Below, piece by piece: positions 10,311 through 21,200 of a stretch of DNA of 64,000 nucleotides. The translations under genes and the position numbers were made by a program. Within the stretch, counting starts at the first letter, position 1, and every line of letters starts with the position of its first letter. The notes below the pieces were generated by a model, which worked only from the letters and a program-made list of their open reading frames with translations, had not been told where the DNA came from and did not search any database. The DNA lies in contig NW_004797486.1 of NCBI RefSeq assembly GCF_000002075.1, positions 929,806-993,805 of the forward strand, given 5' to 3'. The DNA is from Aplysia californica. Taxonomy: Eukaryota.

Positions 10311-11075
10311 AAATGGCAGTTCTTCAGTGGAACATTCGCGGTTTGCGTGCAAACCAGGCAGAACTCTTATCTTTTGACCTCACACACCCCAAATGTAATC
10401 TGTGTACCAGAAACTAAATTGCCAACACCCACATTCACATTAAACAACTATCAAACTTACAACCAAATATACACCGACAACCAAATCGCCTCTGGGGGCA
10501 ACTCCATTTTAATAAATAACCAAACACTACACAGACAAATACAACTAAACACAACACTTCAGGCAGTTGCGGTCAGGGTCACCCTACACCGTCCTATAAC
10601 TATCCGTTCAATATACATCCCTCCAAATTATCCTCTATCTTTAAGTAAGAGAACTAATAAACCTCAGAGACCAGCTCCCATAACCCTTCATCATGTTGGG
10701 AGATTTTAATGCCCATAGCCCTCTTTGGGGAAATGAACCAACTAACACTAAAGGTAAAATCATAGAAGATTTCTTAACAAAAACTAATACTAGTATTTTT
10801 AACGACAATTCCCCAACATTTCAAAATTCAAATAACCTAAACTTTTCATCCATAGATTTAACCCTATGTGATCCTGACCTAATTCCAGACTTTCAGTGGT
10901 CGGTCCTGGACTACCCACACGGATCGGACCACTTCCACATCAACCTAATTCCAGACTTTCCACACCGAACTCCTATCCCGGACCGTTTCAATCTTAAAAG
11001 AGCGGACTGGGATGGGTTTCACATGGAATGTCTGGAGAAACTCAATCCATCTCAAACACAAACTTTTGAACGATT

Positions 11076-11925
11076 CGTCGCCTATCACACGAAAGGGCGT
11101 ATTCCAGATTTTGGCAGTTTTGAGTTGTTACTTGTTACTACTAGTAGATAGCGCTGCCTCAGATCTATGTTCACACGAAACGGCGTATCCCTAGCTTTAA
11201 AATAGCAGCACTAGCAGTAAAAAATCAAAAAGCTAACACTCAGCGCCAACGAATCAGACGAAACGGCGTACACAGGCTTATGCCTTTTCGTGTGCAAAAA
11301 ATGATACAAAGTTTTATCAATTCTATTCGCACGAAAAGACGTATACCTTGGATACGCCCCTTCGTGTGAGCGACAGGAACACTTTTGTCTTTTTTTCTGG
11401 CATAGGCCAGGGCCGTATAACGTAATATCATAGTAAAACTAGATTCTAGGCCCTCCTCTAATGATGCAATAGGCCGGATACACAACACAGAGTACACGCC
11501 TTGTGCTGCAGCGAATCCTGCTTGTGCAAGAGTGAAAATGAGGCAGTCCTTATTGTGTTGCCTTATTATTATAGCCTACACTTGGTTACTGTTGCTTGCA
11601 GCTTACTGTCACACACAACGTGATCTGCTTGTCTGCTGATTATTGGAAACCATTAGAAAAAGCAAACTTGGGTTTGATCAAATTTAAATCAGATCTACTT
11701 TTTGTCCAACAATACATATGAATATTGCTCAGCTATATATATATATTTTTCCAATAGTGTATTATTCTACACTCATTAACTAGAAGGCAACGCTATCTAG
11801 ACACCCTCCCCCAGGGCAGTGCTACTGCAGTGATAAAAACATCAGGATTTAGACTTTGTTATATTGAGCCGAAGACAGGTCTACTAGGCGAGCCATGTAA
11901 GTTGCCCCTAAATGTTTATATTTTA

Positions 11926-11994
<69 letters not shown>

Positions 11995-13749
11995 ACACAA
12001 GAAACTCAAACCTAAATCGTTCTTTAGCTTGTACTCAGACTGTCGGGATTTTTCTTGTGTATTAGGCCCAGAATGGCAAGTTCGCATTTCAATGAAAGTG
12101 ACTCCGACTTTGTCAGATGACATTCCGTTAGCTAAACTTTGAAATGTAGGCTTACAATGAAAATTGAATTTTCTGATCAACACGAGGCTGAGAATGAAGA
12201 CACGTCTCTTGGCCTGGGTGACTTCGATGATTCGGACACGGATCATTTCCTAGAAGTTCCAGTATTTTGTAGTCAAAAGGAAAGACAGGGCAATCAACAA
12301 ACTCTGAATCCATATGAAACCCACTGTAGTAACGAACGGCTACCAGAATCATTTGAAGTTGAAGAGTAAGCCCGCCAGGCGTCGCCAAAGAAACGAAGAG
12401 AATCATCTCGAAGAACGATGCAAAAAAGAAAGCGACAATCTGGCGAAGAGTACATGAGCGCCGACACGAAAAAGGTTGTTCCAGCACGAATGATGGGAAA
12501 GGGCTGCGTTGGAATGGAATGTACGAGAGCTGGCCGTCAGTGTTCTGGAATCTCAGGAAAGGACAGGAGGGAGATATTTCAGGACTTTTTCAGGACAGTT
12601 TATAACCTGGCTGACCTGCAGAAGCAGCGAGAGTTCGTTGCGTAGCATATTGTGACGACTGAGCCCAAGCTCTTGACGCAGCAAAACGCATGCTTATTAC
12701 ATCACAGTCAATGGAAAGCGCTTGAAAGTGTGTAGGAACACATTCTTTGCAACCTTGGGTATTTCAGAGAAATGTGCCCGAGTTGTTTTGTCAAAGATTA
12801 CGGAGACCGGCATTGTGGAAGAAGACAAGCGAGGGGGCAGGCAATCGGAGCAGATGAAGACAAAAGGAGAACAAATTAGGGAGATGACCAGTCAACACAT
12901 AGACAGATTTCTACGCGTGGAATCGCACTACTGTAGGGCCTCTTCCAGCAAAGAGTATCTCGACCCAGACCTCACATTGTCCAAAATGTACGACATGTCC
13001 GTGAAAAAAATCCATGCAATGACATCCCAGGTTTTCACACATTTCAGACGAGTGTTCAAGACAAAAAAACCTGGCCTTTCATAGTCCTTAAAAAGGACTA
13101 ATGCTCACTCTGCAACTCTTAATTTATAATAGGCACGATGCAGAAAAACAAAAGGTGCGACAACTTAGGGAGGATTGCAAGAAGATGGTTCAAGCTGACC
13201 CCAGCATTCTGGCTGGGAACTTTGATCTCCAGCAGGTCATATACTTGCCAATTTCACATGAAGATGCTTTGTTCTANNNNNNNNNNNNNNNNNNNNNNNN
13301 NNNNNNNNNNNNNNNNNNNNNNNNNNNNNNNNNNNNNNNNNNNNNNNNNNNNNNNNNNNNNNNNNNNNNNNNNNNNNNNNNNNNNNNNNNNNNNNNNNNN
13401 NNNNNNTCTGAAGACTGAAATTAATAGTGTGGACACTCAAACACAGGGCGTGTACATGGGCGTATACACTGATTTTGGACAGGACAAAAAATTGAACAAT
13501 CACACGAAAGGGCGTATGCCAACAGATGGCACATTTTCGAAGTGAAATTATAAAAAACAGTGCAAAACTAATCTTGCTCGTTGTTTGATATCTTATCATG
13601 CCCACATTATCCAAATATCCCGATGCTAGGATGCAGTTTACTAAAATGACAAGGGAAAAGCATGAAGCAACCAAAGTCTGAAAATCTTTAAATCGCTCTC
13701 CTGAAAAAGTAAGAAAACAGGGATACGCCCTTTCATGTGACAGGCGACG
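11076..13749 (+). mobile_element. Sola1-type DNA transposon
   Basis: ~29-bp TIR cgtcgcct(a/g)tcaca(c/t)gaaagggcgtat; 4-bp TSD GATT (11072-11075, 13750-13753); transposase remnants VCRNTFFATLGIS, DKRGG, ESHYCRASSSKEYL, FDLQQV. Confidence 0.85.
11925..11998. repeat. (CA)n microsatellite
   Basis: Directly visible, inside the Sola1 element. Confidence 0.95.
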
Positions 13750-15724
13750 GATTTCATGAAACCCTTCTCGAAATCGTTCAAAAACACATACCAAAATTAT
13801 CCATCAAACCCCGAAAAAATAAATGTTGGTTCACTGAAGACTGCCAAAAAGCTGTTGCGGCCAAAAAAATCAGCTCTCAGGAAGTTCGTCAACTCTAAAA
13901 CAAACGAAGACCTCATTAATTTCAAAATTGCGCGAAGAATAATCAGAACGGCCAAAAAAATAAACATCTTTTCGAAATTATGTCTCTAAAATAAACAACA
14001 ACACACCAATGCACAAAGTCTGGAAGATGATAAAGAAATTAAAACGGACTAAAAAAGACACAATCAAACACATCCTAAAACCGAATAACTCCTTCGTAGA
14101 AACCGAAAAAACAGTAGCTGACTGTATAGCATCAACTCTTTCCGGAAATTCCTCTACCCACAATTACAACCCTGAATTCAAAAAAATAAAAATGTCTTCT
14201 GAAAAGACAACTGTTGATTTTACCTCTTCAAATGAAGAAAACTATAATTGCAGATTTTCTCTTAATGAATTAAAATGTAATATTGCAGAACTATCAAACA
14301 CAGCTCTAGGCCCTGATCAAATACACAACGAAATCATCAAACGTCTTCCAGACGAAACACTCCTATTACTCCTTGATATTTACAATGAACTCTGGCATTC
14401 TCAACAATTTCCGAACAGTTGGCGTTTTGCCACTATTATACCAATCCCAAAACCAGGAAAAGATCACTCTAATCCATCAAACTACCGTCCCATAGCCCTT
14501 ACAAACTGTTTCTGCAAACTTATGGAAAAACTTATTAACAAACGTCTAATGTGGTTTCTCGAAACCTCAAACTCCTTATCCAATTTCCGATGCGGTTTTC
14601 GCAAAAATCGCTCTACTATTGACCATCTCGTCCGACTTGAAACTTTCATTCGGGAAGCTTTCATTCGAAAAGAGCACCTTGTGGTTATTTTTTCGACTTA
14701 GAAAAAGCCTTCGACACCACATGGAAACATGGTATTTTACAATACCTGCGTGACTTGGGCTTACGCGGAAATCTTTTCAAGTAAAAGTAGGTTCAACCCT
14801 ATCAAATTTACACACCCAAGAAGAAGGTGTCCCCCAGGGAAGCATCTTATCGCCCATTCTTTTCGAAATCAAAATCAATTCCATCCCAAAAACCCTTCAA
14901 ACCAATATTGACTGCTCACTTTACGTTGACGACTTCCTGATCTGCTATAAATCCAAATCCAAAATGGTTCACATTGAACGCCAGCTTCAGCTGCAACTCC
15001 ATAAACTGGAAACTTGGGCAAACGGGCACGGGTTCAAATTTTCCACATTAAAAACAAACTTGGTACATTTTTGTTTGTCGCACAAGTGTGTGCGACAACC
15101 AGATTTATATTTGTTCGGAGAGAAAATTCCTGTTAAAAAACAAGCTCGTTTCCTGGGCGTAATCTTTGACAATAAACTTTCTTTCCTGCCTCACTTGAAA
15201 GACCTAAAGACGAGGTGTCAGAGTGCTCTCAACGCCTTAAAAGTATTATGCAATCCTGAATGGGGAGGAGATACTGAAATACTTCTTTAACTTTACCGTT
15301 CCCTTGTCCGTTCCAGATTGGACGATGCCAGTCCTGTTTACGGATCAGCCAGAAAGTCTTACCTCAAAATTTTAGACCCTGTTCAGAACCAAGGCCTTCG
15401 CCTTTCCCTAGGCGCTTTTCGTACTTCACCTGTAGAAAGTTTAGAGGCAGAAGCGCATGAACCATTTTTAGAACTTAGAAGGAAAAAACTCTTTGCAGTA
15501 CGCTTTGAAACTTAGCTCAGTCCCCCAAAACCCAGCCAACAAATGTGTCTTTGGCTTTCCCGAAGATCTAAAAACTCTAACCTCCTTAGGAAATAAAGTA
15601 AGCCCTTTCGGAATAAGAATCCAGAATCTTAAAGACATTGATTTTTCTGAAGACATAATCGAGCCCTTTGCCATGTCCAGCATACCTCCATAGCATTTAA
15701 CCAAACCTAACATAGATACTAGTG

Positions 15725-17563
15725 ACCCCCAGTGGGTCGGGGGGATATAAATAGACCCACTGCTTCGTCTGCAGAAGGTGCAACCCCTTCAAAGGCGGAG
15801 TGTCGCACAGGGACCCCAACCCTCTGGGATCCGTGAGCGACACTTACTTTGGTGTATCCTCCTCTTCTCCTTCCTTCTTTCTTTCTTCTTCTATCTTTCC
15901 TACCACCGCTGACCTCATGTGCAGCAAAACGAGAGGTCACCCATCCCACAGAGTGGGCGCCTTGTTGACCGTGAGGTGCGACCCGTGCGGAGGGAAACCG
16001 GGTACCTGGCGGTTGAGGTGAGATCAGTCCACGGACTGTCCCTCACCAACACACCTCTTTGGCCCAGGTTTTCCTCTTAGACGGGAGGGTGGCACGGCCC
16101 ATGCCACTCAATCGGTTGAGAGCTGAAACCCCATCAAGCCCTGGGTCAATCTTGACGGGAGGGTCTTGTACTTTCTCGTTGAGAGTATAGCTCCGAGGTA
16201 GCCCTGGCACAGGTCATCCGAGCAATGTGTCCCCTTGTTGGGCTCCGTGGCGGGCGGGGAGCCCCGGAGTCGAATCAAATACAAAACTCTCATGGTATCC
16301 AAATCAAAACAAGACCCTTCCCCAGCTCCCAACGTTAAAAAGTCTCGGCTCGCGGAAGCGGGTGCGGCCGCCGAGCCGAGCAAAAATTCAAAAACCAGTA
16401 AACGGACCTTTACCGTTGCTTCTTTCCTCCCTTCTCCCAGGGAGCTCCCGAAGCAGCCGTACGTGGCCATCTGCTGCAAAGAAGACGCACAGAAGAAGAT
16501 CACTGATCTAAATTTGTTCAAGACGGGAGATGCACTACGACAGGTTCTGGGATACATTCCTACGAATGTCCAGAAGCTGTCCTCTGGTGTACTCCTCGTC
16601 AAGTGCGCAACTGAAGACGAAGTGACCAAACTCCTGGATACCACGACCTTCGGCGGTATTCCATGTAGGTCCGAGCGCTACCAGAAATTCAACCGCTCGA
16701 AAGGCGTCGTCCGCAGCCATGAGCTGAAAGGCTGCTCCATGGAAGAAATTGTGGAGCACTGTGAGGGAGTGGTCGAAGCCCGCCGGATTACTCTTCGGCG
16801 GGGAGAGACTACTATTGAAACGAACACGATCGTCCTTACTTTCGAATCGTGTCGCCCTCCAGCCACCGTTCGGGCATCTTACTTGGTACTCGACGTACGA
16901 CCCTATGTGCCGAACCCTCTGCGCTGTTTCAAGTGTCAGAAGTTCGGCCATAGCCAGTCACGGTGCGTGCTCCAGTCTGTGGGAGAGCCACTGGGAAAAA
17001 CCAGAAAAATAATAAACTATATGAAATAAAACCCAAACTAGAACAGCGAAATCCTTCGGATCTCTCCAGAAGAGACGAAGTCATTTTTACTCGATTGCGC
17101 ATCGGACACACTGCCCTGACCCACAAATACCTCCTACAGGGAGATGAGAAGCCGTTCTGTGTCGGATGCGACACAGATTTTACCATTAGACACATTTTAA
17201 CAGAATGTCTAGACTTTGGAGAAATCCGAAGGAAATATTATAAATGCAAGAAATTGCAGGATATTTTTTCTTTCGTTGTTCCCAGCAGAATTTTAAATTT
17301 TATAAAGGCCATTGGCCATTATGGCGAGTTGTAGAGTGAATTTGATATTTTTAAAAATTTTTATTGTTACTTAAAAGTCGTTTTAGATCACAAATGTATT
17401 TACACCGAATTTGAATATTTTAACTTTTTAGCATTTTAAAGTAAATTAGTTAACCAGTCGTGAAGTGAACTTTCGCAGAGGTGAACAACTTGTGTTTCGC
17501 GCGCTCATATGACCTTAGCAGTTGCGAGCGCCGTAAAACCTTATACTATACATACATACATAC
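15725..17563 (+). mobile_element. I/Nimb-clade LINE 'B' 5' part (5'UTR + partial ORF1) fused to a LINE 3' end (ORF2 C-terminus, 3'UTR, (TACA)n tail)
   Basis: 5' end cccccagtgggtc like LINE A; ORF1 from ATG 16292 to first knuckle RCFKCQKFGHSQSRC; then jumps to RRDEVIFTRLRIGHT...CVGC...HILTEC*; terminal stem-loop and catacata repeats. Confidence 0.85.
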
Positions 17564-18030
17564 AAAAAAAAAACGCTCGTTTCCTGGGCGTATTCTTCGA
17601 CAAAAAACTTCCACACATAAATGACCTGTAGAAAGTTTAAAGGCAGAAGCTCACAAACGATCTCAAGATAGCTCTAGTACGCTTTGAAACTTAGCTTAGT
17701 TCCCCGAAACCGAGCCCACACGCGTTTTTGGCCTTTCCAAAGATCTACAAACTTGAAATAAAGTCGGCGCTTTTGTAATGAGAATCCAAAACGACCTTGA
17801 AGATATTGATTTTTCTGAAAACACCATCGAACCCTTTACCATGTCGAGTATACCTCAACGGCTTTCAGCTTAATCGTATATAAAAACAAGTCTTGAAAAA
17901 CACATCAAAAAAACTAGAGACAGGCTACGTACCTTAAAGCATACAATCAACCTTTAAAAACATCATAAAGTAGAGTAACTTTTTTACAGATGAATAAAAA
18001 TAATGCTGTTGTCTCTCTGCTGCACAGTTT
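17564..18030 (+). mobile_element. Older deleted fragment of the LINE A family (post-RT region)
   Basis: Aligns by eye with 15137-15700 (gctcgtttcctgggcgt; cctgtagaaagttta; gtacgctttgaaacttagct; gatttttctgaa). Confidence 0.7.
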
Positions 18031-18043
18031 GGCACTGTCGACT

Positions 18044-18222
18044 TGGTCTCTGTGGTTTAGCGTTTTGGCACTTCGCTATCGCACGCAGGAGACTTAAGTT
18101 CGATTCCAGAGTGGGTAGGAAATTGGAGGATGTATCCCTCTCAGCCTGTGTTGTCCCTGACAGGTAGGGCCAGAAACCCACCTCCTAAATGATCCAAGAG
18201 TGTCAATGGGGGCCGTTAAAAA
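18044..18222 (+). mobile_element. Short tRNA-derived SINE relic
   Basis: A-box tggtttagcg, B-box-like agttcgattcc, ends gggggccgttaaaaaa. Confidence 0.45.
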
Positions 18223-18297
18223 ATTCGAAGTCGAAAGGCAGAAAAGTAATTACACAAATCGATAACTTTTAAAAATCTTAACACTTTTTCGTTTCAG

Positions 18298-21200
18298 CGC
18301 CGCAAAATCAGCAGATATGGACGACGGAAAGCGGCCCTCTGATTCCAGATGCGAGATCACAACTGCTGTCTGTATACCCTTACCGGTTAGCTGGTCCTGC
18401 GTACGCAACACAGCACCCTGGAAATTTGAATCCTTACGCACAGGCTTTTTGGAATCATGCTGGCGTTAGACTCCCCCCAATGTTGGCTGGACACACCTTT
18501 AGTACCATGTCTGCACCTGGTCCGCAGTGGATTCCGGGAATGGCACCTTCGAGTAACTTTGGAATAGGAGCTCCACCAATACCATATTATTATGGGATGA
18601 ACCCGACAGTGACCTCAGCTCAAGACGGTCGCGAATTAGGTGAAATCGTTAGAACAGATAAAAGGCAGAACACTAATGACGATACGCGTATTGACTCTGA
18701 CCCTAATAAACAATTCTACGAGCCAATTTCTCCCCCTAAAACAAGCCACACAGAATATGAGGCTCGAGCTCGCACTCTCCAGTCATCTTTGAACTTTGAT
18801 CGGCAATCGATGCACAATATTTCAGCCTTTCATCATCAGTCTCAGCCTCAACCAACGTCCTCGTTTTCGACAGATTATCCATACCATCGTTCCAACCAGA
18901 ACGTATCGGGGCCTGTGTTTCCACAAGGAGTACAGACTGGCCAATACTCTCCAATTTGTCGCGGTTCAGGAGGTGTAAAAAAATCGGAAAACTTGCGGCG
19001 AAAAGCCCTCTTGAACTCAGCATCATCAGCTCTAACCGTTACTGATTCAACACAACCACCGAATGCTGCACTGGATCTAGCTACAAACGTAAACGACAAA
19101 GGGCCCGAGAACACCTCTTGCGTCTCCAAACCATCATCAGATAACCAAACGACGTCACTGGATCTGGTAAACCGACAGAACTCGGCAACTTCTTCAACCC
19201 ATACCAAAACGTCTCATCACAACCCTGGCGATCAAAGCAATCCTTTACCCCAAATTAGCCAAGAAGAATTAACAAATCGTTATTATCAAGCTATGTACTC
19301 AAACTTAACGCAGTATGACCATCAAGCAATCCTATCTGATACTTACCAGGCGCAATTATTACGGAGTATGCTTTTAAATTCCCCTAATGCGCAATTCGAT
19401 TATTCAAAACATGTTCTTCTGCAAAACCTTCCTCCTGGCGATAGAGTCAGCCATTCTGATACTACTATGCTCACCCAAAACAATTCAACAAAGGCATCAT
19501 CTCGAGCATCCAAGAGGACAGAATCTACTGTAAATGTCGGTTCTTCAACGTCTAGGCAACACGCACAAGTCACTCTAGGAACAGAAAACTCTGGACCATC
19601 TGAGGCAGTACAGTTTCCTCGGGATTTCAACTATTTTAATCGTTTACATCAGTCAGAACATTTGGCAGCGCCAGTGAGAGTTCCGGAACTGGCACCACCA
19701 CAACAAAATTCACCCCGCAAGGCAAAAAGGGGCGGTAAAAACAGTAGAGGTGGAAGAGGGAAAGGTTTGCAAAATGCTGGCACTGGAACCCCAATTGAAT
19801 TCCTACATCAAGAGGCCCCGGCAGAACCGACGATTTGCAGTTCTACTATGGTTAGCACTGGAGCTTGCACAGATGTTTACCATCCCACCCAATCGTCAGC
19901 CCATTTACAACAACCAAAGCAGCAGCAACAATCACTAGAGCAGCTCCAAAGACAGGCGCTTCAGCATCAGGACCAAGATCAACATCCACAGCAACAGCGT
20001 CAACATCTAGAACAGCAGCCACAACAACAACAGCGTCATCATCTAGAACAGCAACAACAACCACAACGACCAGGACAACTACAACAGAGTCCACAGCCAG
20101 AGCAGCAGCAGCAGCAACAACAACAACAAAAACAACAACAGCAGTGTAAACAACCAAATCAGCAACCACAGCGCCATCAGCCTGAACAGCAACAACAGCA
20201 GCATCAACAGCTAGAGCATGAGATACAACAGCACCAAAAGTCAGAACTACAGCTACAACAGCTAGAACAGGAACAACAACAGCGTCTGCAAGTCCGTGAA
20301 CAGCAACAGCACTGTCTAGAGCTAAGCCTACAACAGCACCAAGGACTAAAGCAGTACCAACAACTTAAACAGCTGGAACAGCAACCACAACAGCGCCAAC
20401 AGCCCGAGCAACAACAAGATCAGCAACAACAAGATCAGCAACAACAAGATCAGCACCAACATTCAGAGCAGGAACAACAACAGCACCAACAGCCAGAGAA
20501 GCAGCTACAACTTCAACATCGATCACCTCATAAAGCTCAACAGTCCGCGCAAATAGGAAACCACCAACAACATCAACAAGAGCAGTGGCAAAACCAGCAA
20601 GATTTGCCACAATCTGAACAGAGAAGAATAAAACCTCATGAACTGGAGCTGAAACGAAGAAAACAGTTACAAAACCAACAGATGCAACAGCAGCAGTGGT
20701 GGACACCGTCACGTCCTCCATACCTTATGAAAAATGAGAACCGTGCATCTGAAAATTCTCAACTTTTTGATTTGGGTAGAGGGTCGGCAAACGCGGGCCA
20801 ACTGGTTGGTAATTTGTCTTCCGAATCCCTGGAATCCGCAAAAATTAATTTATCCGATACTCTTAGAGACAAATCTCACTCTGTTACCCAAACGTCACAG
20901 AAACCCAGTTCCAGTTCTTTTCAGCACAACATTGTCGCTAAGGCTCATCGAAAAGATTTTCCTTCTCAGACTTCAACACATTCACAAGAAACCGCTGAAG
21001 GCTCAGAGGAAAATGTTTTTACTCATGAGAGAGTAAACAGCAACATTCCTAACTTGCAAGAAAATGGAAATGTGCCTAAGCAAAAACGTTCTCAGAATCA
21101 GACACTTCAGCATTCTCGATCTATTGTGAGCAGTAATGAACTCTTTAACACTGGTCAAAATATTATTACAAATAGTCCAACCACTGAGAAAAATGTCAAT

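Larger units (their letters stand above)
10313..15720 (+). pseudogene. LINE A ORF2 (APE endonuclease + reverse transcriptase), disrupted
   Basis: Endonuclease 10313-11075; resumes in register after the Sola1 insertion (TFERFHETLLEIVQKHIPK); RT 14009-15500 with several frameshifts. Confidence 0.85.
8143..15722 (+). mobile_element. I/Nimb-clade LINE 'A' (5'UTR, gag-like ORF1, APE-RT ORF2), frameshifted, interrupted by Sola1
   Basis: ORF1 with three zinc knuckles (RCFNCQCFRH, CPRCGKEGH, CPNCRQGGH); ORF2 from ATG 10313 MAVLQWNIRGLRAN, GDFNAH, GSDH; RT motifs SNYRPIALT, GVPQGS, YVDD. Confidence 0.9.

Noticed and set aside
18317-18469. ATG at 18317 as start of the giant protein
   Set aside because: Different frame, ends after 50 codons; the giant frame is already open from the 18297 acceptor. 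The listed 18426 start is a TTG.
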